The translations under genes and the position numbers were made by a program. A stretch of 64,000 bases of DNA, from the IMG/VR virus record IMGVR_UViG_3300046171_000227, positions 11,269-75,268 of that record; one strand, written 5' to 3'. The notes under the pieces were generated by a model that did no database searches, had not been told where the DNA came from, and saw only the letters and a list, made by a program, of their open reading frames with translations. The DNA comes from a virus. Shown piece by piece: positions 8,366 to 17,559 of this stretch; the stretch's first letter is position 1; the number at the start of each line of letters is the position of its first letter.

Positions 8366-9703
8366 TCATTCTGGATAGTCCCAATTGGTAATTGAATCTG
8401 TCTCATTACGAGGGCCCCATGATCCCACTTCATGTATATACGGAGTGGTTCTAATTGGACAGGAGTCGCCAGTACAAAGGAGATCATCAACAATCCTCCA
8501 TGATTCTATCACTTCTTCAGAATGAACAAAGTGTGATTGATCACTTTCTATAGCATCATATAGAAGTTTTTCATAACCATCAACTCCCAACCAATCAGGA
8601 TAACGATGAGTAAGAGTAGCTAACTCTACACTCTCTCCTAATCCTGGAGATTTTACATCAATTTGAATATCTAGGTGAGCATGAGGTTGTAAACGCATAA
8701 CAATTCTACCAGGAGTCTCCCCTCAAATAAACCTAAGGGTGGCGCTTTAAGTTTTACAATAACCTCCACACATTGATAAGGCATTTTTTTGCCTGTCATA
8801 AAGCGAAAAGGAACTCCCTTCCAACGCCAGTTATCGATGAATAAAGTACCAGCAACATAGGTAGGAGTGTTACTGTCAGGATCAACGCCCTCTTCATCGC
8901 GATAAGTTTCATATTGTCCAAGGATCATGTCCTCCCCTAGATGAGTAGCAGATAAAACTTTGACTTTTTCTCTTCTAATTTCTTTTGCGTCCATTCTACA
9001 AGGTGCTTCCATTGCAACTAGTGCAAGAATTTGAAGCATATGATTCTGCAGCATATCTCTTACAACACCTGCACCATCGTAATATTGAGATCTTCCTTCA
9101 CAACCAATAGTTTCAGTCGCAAAAATTTGAATCTCCTCTATGTACTCTCTGTTCCAAAGTGGTTCAAGAAGAACATTACCAAAGCGGGTGGCAAGGATAT
9201 TATTAACAGTATCTTTACCAAGATAATGATCAATGCGATATACTTGTTTTTCGCGTAGATGTCGCTCCACCACAGACTGTAGATGATTAGCAGATTGATA
9301 ATCGTACCCAAAGGGTTTTTCAATAACAACACGGGATTTTTCTGGATCATCTAAAAGTCCTCCTTGCTTGAGGTTGATGATTGCCCATTCATATCTTTCG
9401 GGTGGGACAGATAAGAAATAAGTTGTATCATCAGGTTTTGGGAAGTGTATTTAAACTTTCCTGACAGGATAAGTCACATGAAACATAATCTAATTGATGT
9501 AGAAATTCCTCTGGATATTCTCCAAGAGATTTTTTCCAAGCATCAACTCCAACATCTCTTCTAGCAGCACCAGTAATTAAAAATCCCCTTGGAAGAAGAT
9601 CTTTCTCCCAAAGTTTATGAAGTGCTGGAATAAGTTTTCTTTTGCACAGATCTCCAGTGGCACCAAAGATTACTATACCTCTAGTGAGCAGTTCCGTTTC
9701 CAT
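8366..9703 (-). CDS. zwf: Glucose-6-phosphate 1-dehydrogenase (frameshifts at ~9430 and ~8690)
   Basis: IFGATGDLCKRKL, YRIDHYLGK, RDMLQNH, WRWKGVPF. Confidence 0.95.
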
Positions 9704-9809
9704 TGTATTTGTCTGTTTCATAATAGTTATTTTCACCCTTTTTCATTCCAAAAAGTACAGTAGTCAATACAAAAGGTATCGAAATTATCATAAGGAAATT
9801 ACCTAACAT
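9681..9809 (-). CDS. 42-aa membrane protein between gnd and zwf
   Basis: Manual translation MLGNFLMIISIPFVLTTVLFGMKKGENNYYETDKYNGNGTAH. Confidence 0.6.
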   Translation of the reverse strand: MLGNFLMIISIPFVLTTVLFGMKKGENNYYETDKYNGNGTAH

Positions 9810-10820
9810 GATGTCCTCCAAACATGTACCGCATTCCATTAAGAACTTTATTTGCAAATGCTCCTAACTTTCTTGATCCGAATCGTTCAAATAGTGCGGT
9901 TGATATAACAGGTGCGGGAACACCAAGATCCACAGCAGCGTGGACAGTCCAACGCCCCTCACCACTATCGCTAACTCCCCCACCGAACTTGCTAAGCTCT
10001 CTATCGCCGCGTAGAACATCAGCGGTAAGATCAAGCAACCAACTGCCAACCACGCTACCACGACGCCATAACTCAGCCACCTCAGCACAGTCAATATCAT
10101 ACTGATAATCTTCTGGATTCTCCATCGGAGCAACCTCAGCATCGCCTTCCTTAACATATTTTGCCCCAGCATTAGCTTCATGCAGGATATTAAAGCCTTC
10201 GGCGTAGGCTTGCATGATTCCATACTCTACTCCATTATGAACCATTTTTACAAAGTGTCCTGCACCTGGAGGGCCGCAATGCAACCAACCATACTCAGCA
10301 CTTGTTGCTCTACTCATAGGATCAGTTCTGGGAGATGAAGCGATGCCTGGTGCCAGTGCCCTAAAGATAGGAGCGCAGACGGATACTGCGCTATCTGTAC
10401 CACCAACCATAAGACAGTATCCACGCTCCAAACCGTAAACACCGCCGCTAGTGCCACAGTCAATATATTGGATGCCCAACTTAGAAAGACGCTCTGCCCT
10501 CCTCCTACTATCCTTAAAATTACTATTGCCATGATCAATAATAATATCTCCCTCATCACAAAACTGTAGTAACTCATTTAAGGTGTCCTCCACTGTTTCT
10601 GCTGGTACAACCATCATGAAAATTCCAGGAGCATTTGCTCTTTACAGCACTACAAAGTGATTGAATATCAACAGTTACACCATCAATACCACCATTTCTC
10701 CAAAAGTTCTTGCGCCTTTTCATAATTTCTACGATATCCCCATACTTCGATACCGTCTTTCATCATGCGGCGAGACATACCCTCGCCCATTCTTCCTAGT
10801 CCAATAATTCCTACTTTCAT
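9799..10820 (-). CDS. gnd: 6-phosphogluconate dehydrogenase (N-terminal region frameshifted)
   Basis: MKVGIIGLGRMG start; IDHGNS, DCGTSGG, GHFVKMVHNGVEYG, DSGEGRW. Confidence 0.95.
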
Positions 10821-11419
10821 TTTTGTTCTTCTGTTGATACTAATGTTACTGAACTCAAATCACTTAAATCTGGTGGAAATGGTTCACGATCTTTTTCTCT
10901 TACAGTTAGACGATCAGGATCAATCATTCTAATTGCTTCCGCTAGTTCTTGAAAGTGTTGAATTTCATCATTCATAATCTCACAGATTTTCTTATCATCT
11001 GGAAAGCGAGTTAGATATTCAGCATACGTTTCAGCAGCGTGCATCTCTATCTCATAGGAGAGGTGGTAAGCAGAGCGAGGAGCCAACCAATAATAAACCA
11101 CGTTGATCCAATAGTAGATAAGGACAAGGTGTCTGGCGACAAAGCGATCCACCCAATAAGCACTACCGCCCCTGCTCTCCATATATTCAAGATGTTCTGT
11201 TTCGTTAAGAGTTTGAGCAAAATGTTCCTCCATTAGATATATGTGCCACTGTCCACGTAATCCTAGTGATTCTCTTAAATGAAGAACACTTAAGAAAGCA
11301 AAGTATGGTGCCCGAGCAATCTCCTCAAGCACCCAAAAACGTGGAAAATCTCTTCCTTTATAAAGAAAATCAATAATTGCTACAGTGAAATTTAAAACCC
11401 ATATGTTAATAGTTTTCAT
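10817..11419 (-). CDS. ptoX: Plastoquinol terminal oxidase (alternative oxidase family)
   Basis: RFWVLEEIARAPYFAFLSVLHL; ExxH di-iron motifs. Confidence 0.93.
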   Translation of the reverse strand: MKTINIWVLNFTVAIIDFLYKGRDFPRFWVLEEIARAPYFAFLSVLHLRESLGLRGQWHIYLMEEHFAQTLNETEHLEYMESRGGSAYWVDRFVARHLVLIYYWINVVYYWLAPRSAYHLSYEIEMHAAETYAEYLTRFPDDKKICEIMNDEIQHFQELAEAIRMIDPDRLTVREKDREPFPPDLSDLSSVTLVSTEEQK

Positions 11420-11424
11420 AGTAG

Positions 11425-11610
11425 TTAAACATAAATTTTAGGTTCCCCATCCTCATCATCGTCATAATCATAAATCATACGACAGTCAGACAAATCATCC
11501 CACTCTGGTTCATAGAGTGGACATGGTTCCTCAAATAAATGACTCATTCTTAATTGTTGAATCCTTTCTCTGAGAGATTTGTAAAACTCTCGTTTTTCGT
11601 CTTTGTTCAT
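11425..11610 (-). CDS. Hypothetical protein
   Basis: ORF coupled to petE. Confidence 0.65.
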   Translation of the reverse strand: MNKDEKREFYKSLRERIQQLRMSHLFEEPCPLYEPEWDDLSDCRMIYDYDDDEDGEPKIYV

Positions 11611-11936
11611 TCTACGTGTACTGTACCGATCATTCCTGCTCCTTTATGTGGCCCACACCAGTAAGTATAGTCACCTTTATCTGAAAATACAACGTCTTGG
11701 GATTCTCCCGGATTAAACATGAGCGATTCTCTAGAGAGATCAGGGCGATCTTCGACAATTATATTATGCGGAGGTAACATATTATTTTCAAAATGAACAG
11801 TGTCACCCGCACTTATTGTAACTTCAGCAGGATCAAATACTAAGTTGCCATTAGAACCCATCTGCACATCTACAGCCCAAGCAGGTGCAGCAAGAAATAA
11901 TGTAGCAAGAAGTCCGAATAAAAACTTCATAAACAT
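11607..11936 (-). CDS. petE: Plastocyanin
   Basis: Signal peptide, PHNI, YWCGPHKGAGM copper ligands. Confidence 0.97.
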   Translation of the reverse strand: MFMKFLFGLLATLFLAAPAWAVDVQMGSNGNLVFDPAEVTISAGDTVHFENNMLPPHNIIVEDRPDLSRESLMFNPGESQDVVFSDKGDYTYWCGPHKGAGMIGTVHVE

Positions 11937-11953
11937 TTTTATAACTACACTAT

Positions 11954-12160
11954 CTATTTCAGATTCAATCCCCTATAACGAGGGTTTGTTTTGACTTCCT
12001 GACTTATCATTTTACTGTGTTCGTTCACACAATTACACCATTTTTTTCTTAATTCTTTTGCTTTTTCTTTATCTTTTATTTCATACTGAAAGTGCCACCA
12101 TTCATTCCAAATGGCGGCACACTCGTCACTCTTTTTTTGAAGTTGTGGTTCGTGATACAA
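11954..12160 (-). CDS. Hypothetical protein
   Basis: ORF track. Confidence 0.6.
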   Translation of the reverse strand: MYHEPQLQKKSDECAAIWNEWWHFQYEIKDKEKAKELRKKWCNCVNEHSKMISQEVKTNPRYRGLNLK

Positions 12161-12469
12161 TTACTTTTTAGGTTCTATTGCTGACTGAACTGGTGGTTGC
12201 TCTTTCTTTTTAGAATGTCCATTACCATTACCATTACCTGCTTTAGCGGGACTGAGTCCAAAAGCAGCCAGTGATCCAGAGAACACTGAGGCAATGAATG
12301 TAGGATCAAAATCTAAAATCTTTTGTCCGTTTGGAAGTCTAACATAGGAGAATGTGAGAAGGGATGCACTCCAAATAAGGACTACAACTTTCACCAAATT
12401 ACCAAGAACTTCACTTTTGTCTTCATCATTTTGCTTCTCTTCTACCTCTGCTTTGGATTTACCGAGCAT
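12161..12469 (-). CDS. Two-TM membrane protein
   Basis: VVLIWSASLLTFSY and DPTFIASVFSGSLAAFG; CTAAATA late-type promoter upstream. Confidence 0.7.
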   Translation of the reverse strand: MLGKSKAEVEEKQNDEDKSEVLGNLVKVVVLIWSASLLTFSYVRLPNGQKILDFDPTFIASVFSGSLAAFGLSPAKAGNGNGNGHSKKKEQPPVQSAIEPKK

Positions 12470-12490
12470 TAGTATAGAAGTAAGGCATCT

Positions 12491-13146
12491 TTATTTAGAG
12501 ATATACCCCTGTTCCATCAACCATTTTTCGGTAAGAGGTGTTGGTTTATAAACTTCCCACATCCTTTTAGGGCCTGCACAAACTTTAAGAGCATCTCTAG
12601 TCATAGGTATCAGAGAATGCTGCAAACATTGCTTCCGATTCATATGGAGATGCTGAGGGTGGATATGTTCTTTTTGCACCATCTTTAATCCAATCAGGAA
12701 TTTCATCGGGATGAATGATTATAGCAGTAAATGTATTATCAAGAGTTCCTGCCATGCAGTCTTGAGCGGTATGCCAACCCTCATGACGGAGAACTTTAAT
12801 GAGCATAGTAGGAGAAGAAATATATTTCTCATTAAAGAACATATCATTTCCCTTTACATAATAAAGTCCGCGTGTCAAGGAATAAAAATATTTGTTGTCA
12901 CCAATATAAACATTTACTCCAATTTGGTTAAGACTGGTGAGGATATCAGTGATCTCATCTTTGTTTACTTCATGTTGCTCACCAAAACTCATCCAAGTTT
13001 TCACCTTGTCTTACATCTTTAGTGCATTCACGAAGCATCATACAACCCATAGAGTCATAAGAATTCCAGCTTTTAACTTTTGATTCATCGGCAAGGGCAG
13101 GTGTAGTCAATGCTGCTGCCATCAACATCATAAAAAATTTTTTCAT
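12491..13146 (-). CDS. Secreted HExxH zinc-metallopeptidase-like protein (two frameshifts)
   Basis: Signal peptide MKKFFMMLMAAALTTPALA; LRHEGWH motif with a downstream ESEA. Confidence 0.7.
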
Positions 13147-13149
13147 ATC

Positions 13150-13377
13150 TTAAAAAGGTAATGCACCACCAGTTGTTTGTGGAAGTGCCTCTGGGAGTTC
13201 TGCATCTAATGCAACAGGAAGAGCATCTGTAATTGCTTCTCCGATCGCCTCAGTCATTCGTGACTTGACATTCGCAATAATGTTATCCTTATTGAGATAA
13301 ACATAACCTCCTCCTGCAATTATAGCAGAAGTTCCTACGAATGAAAGTAGTGCTAATACATTAATTACTTTTTGCAT
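13150..13377 (-). CDS. Membrane-anchored protein
   Basis: N-terminal TM helix. Confidence 0.7.
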   Translation of the reverse strand: MQKVINVLALLSFVGTSAIIAGGGYVYLNKDNIIANVKSRMTEAIGEAITDALPVALDAELPEALPQTTGGALPF

Positions 13378-13618
13378 AATATGCCTTGTAGTATTGAACT
13401 ATGCCAGCTGTATGCATGTTGCCTTGAGATACCCAATCGTTGGCACATTCATAGATGGACTGACTCGAATATTTAGGAACAACACCATCCATTTGTCCTC
13501 CATATTTTGTAAGCAATATCTTAAGTGCCTGCTCACGCACCTTCATTTTGTGATCGTTGTAGCGCCAATCATCGATGGACATTTTCGGAACCGCCTTGAA
13601 AGTTTTCTGAACCACCAA
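13361..13618 (-). CDS. Hypothetical protein
   Basis: ORF track; coupled overlaps. Confidence 0.65.
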   Translation of the reverse strand: MVVQKTFKAVPKMSIDDWRYNDHKMKVREQALKILLTKYGGQMDGVVPKYSSQSIYECANDWVSQGNMHTAGIVQYYKAYYAKSN

Positions 13619-13988
13619 TAGGATTTAGTTGCAGAGTAGTTTTACCACTTCTAGTAGACATTTCATACATTAATTGATGCATCCCATCATCCCCAACAGA
13701 CTTTTTAAACTCATCAACTGCAGTATAAGGGGCATACAAAGGCCCTTCATAGTTTCCAGCAAATTCTACTTCTTTCTCTTTCATAGGATTTGGAAACCAA
13801 TCATCATGAGATAATTCTTTTGGGGCAGGAATACCAGTGAAGTAATTTTTTGCATCATCTTTAAATGCTTGTCCTTCATTATAGTCGTCTTGTAGTTCAC
13901 TACAATCAACAATATTATCGTCTACCTCGCATTTAATCTTATCTGTTGCTTGTTCTCTCTTGAAGAGTGCTTTAATTTTTTCGATCAT
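13569..13988 (-). CDS. Hypothetical protein
   Basis: ORF track. Confidence 0.65.
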   Translation of the reverse strand: MIEKIKALFKREQATDKIKCEVDDNIVDCSELQDDYNEGQAFKDDAKNYFTGIPAPKELSHDDWFPNPMKEKEVEFAGNYEGPLYAPYTAVDEFKKSVGDDGMHQLMYEMSTRSGKTTLQLNPIGGSENFQGGSENVHR

Positions 13989-14041
13989 AAAAAAGGAGCA
14001 ACCTGTGCTCCAATGATAGTAAATTTATTTAGTTTTGTCAA
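13989..14041 (-). promoter_or_regulatory. sigma70 promoter with embedded CTAAATA, followed by a terminator-like hairpin
   Basis: TTGACA-N17-TATCAT (14013-14041); GGAGCA..TGCTCC-T6 hairpin. Confidence 0.65.
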
Positions 14042-14163
14042 GGAGAGGGAACCGATGCTGGTATCATCATTCCTCCACTCATGTCGTCATCATCATCAAT
14101 GTCTCTTCCCAAGAATGATCCAACTATAAATCCTGCGAACAAAGACATTGCTAAGACTAACAT
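14038..14163 (-). CDS. 41-aa TM protein with acidic tail
   Basis: MLVLAMSLFAGFIVGSFLGRDIDDDDDMSGGMMIPASVPSP; TGATG coupling to hli. Confidence 0.65.
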   Translation of the reverse strand: MLVLAMSLFAGFIVGSFLGRDIDDDDDMSGGMMIPASVPSP

Positions 14164-14270
14164 CACCATACTCCTGGGATGATCTGCCCTGTAAGTGCAT
14201 ATGCACCTAGAGCGGCAACAATGCCGATCATGGCTGCGAGTCCATTAATTCTTTCTGCTGTTTCGTTCAT
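14163..14270 (-). CDS. hli: High-light-inducible protein (35 aa)
   Basis: MNETAERINGLAAMIGIVAALGAYALTGQIIPGVW: AExxNGxxAMIG and TGQIIPG motifs. Confidence 0.95.
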   Translation of the reverse strand: MNETAERINGLAAMIGIVAALGAYALTGQIIPGVW

Positions 14271-14488
14271 GATTCTAAGGTAAGGTAAAATTTAGTTTGA
14301 TCGGATGGTGAATTTTCATAAATGGAGGAATCACCATACTCCTTGTGATCTTTGTATCCAACCATGCGTCCCTTCGTATTTTGAAGGGCAGACATGAATA
14401 CGATAAAAAAGAATACTCCTGGGGCACCAATCAAAAGAGCACCACCAATAACATAGTAAGTAAGAATTTCAAGAAGGGAGTTTTCCAT
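14267..14488 (-). CDS. Small membrane protein
   Basis: TM helix; ATGA coupling. Confidence 0.7.
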   Translation of the reverse strand: MENSLLEILTYYVIGGALLIGAPGVFFFIVFMSALQNTKGRMVGYKDHKEYGDSSIYENSPSDQTKFYLTLES

Positions 14489-14709
14489 TAGGGATGATCA
14501 GTAAAGTGTTTTTGAATAACTTCTAAGCGTTCTTCCTCGTGTGCAATGATATCGAGTTGATCTTGGATTGCAGCGAGGATATCTGGGTGTTCGCCAATAC
14601 CTACAGGTTGATGTAGGTAAACTTCTACATTTGCTTTTGCTTTAGCAATATTACCTTGAGCATCAGCACTTAGTGCTTCGATAATTTTAGCGCGGAGATT
14701 GCAAGACAT
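14488..14709 (-). CDS. Hypothetical protein
   Basis: PVGIGEHPD motif; coupled to petF. Confidence 0.7.
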   Translation of the reverse strand: MSCNLRAKIIEALSADAQGNIAKAKANVEVYLHQPVGIGEHPDILAAIQDQLDIIAHEEERLEVIQKHFTDHP

Positions 14710-14999
14710 CAGTACAGTTCTTCCTCTTTTTCAGTTTCAATTACACAATCACTTTCAGGATATGCAACACAAAGCAATGCAAATCCTGCTTCAAGTTGAT
14801 CATCATCTAAAAATGATTGTTCTTCTTGATTTAGTGAACCTTCAATAACCTTTCCTGCGCATGATGAACAAGCACCTGCACGGCAGGAATAAGGGAGATC
14901 CAAACCTGCTTCATCAGCAGCATCTAAAATATATTGATCTTCTTCACATTGAATAGTATTTTCACCTTCGGGGGTTTTGAGAGTAATAGTGAAAGACAT
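14709..14999 (-). CDS. petF: Plant-type [2Fe-2S] ferredoxin
   Basis: [16 protein letters not shown]...LLCVAYP. Confidence 0.97.
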   Translation of the reverse strand: MSFTITLKTPEGENTIQCEEDQYILDAADEAGLDLPYSCRAGACSSCAGKVIEGSLNQEEQSFLDDDQLEAGFALLCVAYPESDCVIETEKEEELY

Positions 15000-15020
15000 T
15001 TAATACAATCGGATGTAAAG

Positions 15021-15049
15021 ATTATATAGATTCTTTGATACCAAGTCAA
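15021..15049 (-). promoter_or_regulatory. sigma70 promoter for petF
   Basis: TTGACT-N17-TATAAT; the -35 lies inside a TTGATAC..GTATCAA inverted repeat. Confidence 0.75.
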
Positions 15050-15059
15050 GTATCAATTA

Positions 15060-15278
15060 TCAGAATCCGAAGACACCAAAGAAAAATACACTACCAGTAG
15101 TAGCATAAGAGATGATAGCAGAAACAAATCCAAGCATAGCAGTACGTCCATTTAATTTTTCCGCACGCTCTGCATACGTTTCATATCCATAACGCTCAGC
15201 GTCAGTCTTAGAGACGTACATCTGTGGCTCCTTAGCAAACAGATTCTGCTGTCCAAACTCATTCGTTGTTACAGTCAT
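15060..15278 (-). CDS. hli: High-light-inducible protein
   Basis: AEKLNGRTAMLGF motif. Confidence 0.93.
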   Translation of the reverse strand: MTVTTNEFGQQNLFAKEPQMYVSKTDAERYGYETYAERAEKLNGRTAMLGFVSAIISYATTGSVFFFGVFGF

Positions 15279-15287
15279 TAACTTATT

Positions 15288-15340
15288 GTTATGAAACTTT
15301 ACATAGTATATAGTAAAAAAGGAACGCTGTCAAGCGTTCC
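15288..15340 (-). promoter_or_regulatory. hli promoter whose -35 is the loop of the upstream terminator; HLR1-like repeat over the start site
   Basis: GGAACGC-TTGACA-GCGTTCC-T6; TTGACA-N17-TATACT; GTTATGAA-ac-TTTACATA at 15288-15305. Confidence 0.7.
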
Positions 15341-15356
15341 CTGTAGTGATTTATAC

Positions 15357-15545
15357 TCAGTAGTCGTCTCCTTCAAGGATATCCTGACATTTCTCAGGAT
15401 TCTTCTCACAAAATTTTCTGACATAACCATGAACATCTTCATCCATATGATAATGGTAGATGTTGTGCATCACACCGACAATAATCAAAGTTCCCACAAT
15501 CAAAATATTGAGTTGGGTAACAGGAGAAAGTAGAATCCTCTTCAT
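15357..15545 (-). CDS. Small membrane protein
   Basis: TM helix and Cys pair. Confidence 0.6.
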   Translation of the reverse strand: MKRILLSPVTQLNILIVGTLIIVGVMHNIYHYHMDEDVHGYVRKFCEKNPEKCQDILEGDDY

Positions 15546-15571
15546 AAAAAAAGGGGTGCCGTCGCACCCCA
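15546..15571 (-). terminator. Terminator after the porin-like gene
   Basis: GGGGTGC-gacg-GCACCCC-T7. Confidence 0.8.
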
Positions 15572-15604
15572 GTATATCATCTAGATGTATTATTGTCTAT
15601 CGTA

Positions 15605-15979
15605 TCAGAAGTTGTACTTCACACCCAATTTACCACCGACGCTAAGATCATCCATTTCAAACTCATCGGTAGCGGTAATCGCAGAGAGTTCGCCGTAGAC
15701 GCCAAGTGCATCAGTCACGGGGACGCCAACACCAACCTTACCGGAGATACGGGTTTCGTTCTCTTCACCATCGATAGCAACGATAGCAGGGCCACCCTGA
15801 ACATAAACGGAAGCAGCACCGACTTGGCCTTCAACGCCTACGTGGATGTCGGTAGTTGCCCCGACATAATCATCGCCCGCCCAACCTGCATTGGTTTCTA
15901 CGTTGACATAAGGGCCTGCAAGGGCAGCGCCTGCGGAAGTGAACAGAGCAGCAGTTGCTGCGAATACAGTTTTAAACAT
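15605..15979 (-). CDS. Small outer-membrane beta-barrel/porin-like protein
   Basis: Signal peptide, alternating beta strands, C-terminal GVKYNF beta-signal. Confidence 0.8.
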   Translation of the reverse strand: MFKTVFAATAALFTSAGAALAGPYVNVETNAGWAGDDYVGATTDIHVGVEGQVGAASVYVQGGPAIVAIDGEENETRISGKVGVGVPVTDALGVYGELSAITATDEFEMDDLSVGGKLGVKYNF

Positions 15980-15994
15980 TTTTGTGTACCTTTA

Positions 15995-16050
15995 TTTACT
16001 TGCGGAATGGTTACCCGCAGATGGAAAGAACCTCGACTTGGTTCTGTGTA
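15995..16050 (-). ncRNA. Candidate two-hairpin 5' leader of the porin-like gene
   Basis: AGAACC-aagtcga-GGTTCT and TGCGG-gtaaccatt-CCGCA immediately after a TATAAT box. Confidence 0.5.
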
Positions 16051-16100
16051 ATTATACCTAATGCAAAGCAAAAGGTTAAGTATTTATGATAACAGTTTCT

Positions 16101-16730
16101 TCAGATTCTGTCAACTTGAGAGTTTCCTACGTAAAGTGGAGCTTGAGATGGATGAATTCCAGCAAAATAAATCCACCCGGTAAGAATATACTTATTACCA
16201 CTTACCACCATACCACCTCTATGAGTATGTGTAAACCCAGTTGGCCATATTAACAATGTTCCTTTTTTAGGTTTAACTCTTTTTGATAGGTAGTTAAATT
16301 CAGTTTCTCCACCCTCATAATCATCATTAAGATAAACCATCCATGCTAACAATCTATCTTTATCATAATCGTTTATAAAATGTGGTTGTTCACAGTGCCA
16401 ATTATGAAATCCACCCCCAGAGATAGTTTTTTGAAGTTTTAATCCTGGATTATAAACAGAACAATCTTTTAAAATTGGATAATTATCTATGTAATGATGA
16501 AAACTATCAAAGATTAAATCATTGCAACGAACAGTAATTTTATGTCCAGGCATAAAACACTGCAAATTAAAAGAACAATCACTTCTGTATACTGTATTAT
16601 TTCTTCTAATATCAATTGATTGCTCATTTTCTACCTGTGAAAATACATCAATTAATGCATTGCATAATTTGTCAGGGAATTGATTTTCATAAAATCCAAT
16701 AAAGTCCTCATAATAAACATCTTTAGACAT
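16101..16730 (-). CDS. 2OG-Fe(II) oxygenase
   Basis: FHNWHCE, MVYLND..EGGETEF, HTHRG, KYILTGW. Confidence 0.9.
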   Translation of the reverse strand: MSKDVYYEDFIGFYENQFPDKLCNALIDVFSQVENEQSIDIRRNNTVYRSDCSFNLQCFMPGHKITVRCNDLIFDSFHHYIDNYPILKDCSVYNPGLKLQKTISGGGFHNWHCEQPHFINDYDKDRLLAWMVYLNDDYEGGETEFNYLSKRVKPKKGTLLIWPTGFTHTHRGGMVVSGNKYILTGWIYFAGIHPSQAPLYVGNSQVDRI

Positions 16731-17559
16731 TATTATTATCCTTTTCTTTTGCAGCTGCTACAGCAGCAGAGTTCTCAGTGATTCTACCCAAATATGGATC
16801 ATAATTCATTTGATCCTGGATACTCATTTGAGCACCATTTGTAATCCAGTAATTAGATTGTGCTTTATAGTTGCCTATATGAAAAGCATCAATATGTTCT
16901 GGATGAATACTAGAACCCAAATCAGTCTTATAAAGAAGAAGTGGAATGGAGTATGTGTTACCTGAATTGTAGATTAAATCATCTGCAACAGGACGCGGTT
17001 TCACTCCGTTATCTAGTTTGTATTTGTTACCGCGTACATGAAAGTCTAACAGTTTTTGTGCATGGCGTCTAGTAATCATGTAGCAAGCGGTAGAGAAGTC
17101 ATTTACAAACCGCTTGTGAATCTTGACATGAATATCGCCTGTGCAGATAATTGCGAGTTGAATTACATCATAGTCATAAGGAGTGTATGCAATAAAATCA
17201 TCCCATGTAAAGTTCCAACATTGAACTGTTTCAAGACTACAATCATCTTCCATGATGATTGCATAAGAACTATCAGATGTCTCTAACCAGTGTTTAATTG
17301 CTTTTAGATGAGAAGTGGTACAACCAATCTCACCAGAAGACATTAGATCTGGATATCTTCCCTTAATAATATGTCCAAGATCATCATCTCTACCATCATA
17401 AGCAGAGATACGTTCATAGTTTTCTACTCCCCAGTATTCAAACTGATCTTCCATGAACTGACGCCGTTCTGGTTGATCATCTAGGTTTAGATAATAAACA
17501 GGGCCAAAATTACGGAGTTTATGTTTTGATTTGTTCTTTTCGGCATTAGTAAAAGTCAT
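16723..17559 (-). CDS. Glycosyltransferase family 25
   Basis: YYLNLD..ERR, GEIGCTTSH, IIMEDD. Confidence 0.88.
   Translation of the reverse strand: MTFTNAEKNKSKHKLRNFGPVYYLNLDDQPERRQFMEDQFEYWGVENYERISAYDGRDDDLGHIIKGRYPDLMSSGEIGCTTSHLKAIKHWLETSDSSYAIIMEDDCSLETVQCWNFTWDDFIAYTPYDYDVIQLAIICTGDIHVKIHKRFVNDFSTACYMITRRHAQKLLDFHVRGNKYKLDNGVKPRPVADDLIYNSGNTYSIPLLLYKTDLGSSIHPEHIDAFHIGNYKAQSNYWITNGAQMSIQDQMNYDPYLGRITENSAAVAAAKEKDNNNV

Noticed and set aside
8366-15278. zwf, gnd, ptoX, petE, petF and hli as novel
   Set aside because: These are well-described cyanophage auxiliary metabolic genes; they matter here only as context for glgP.
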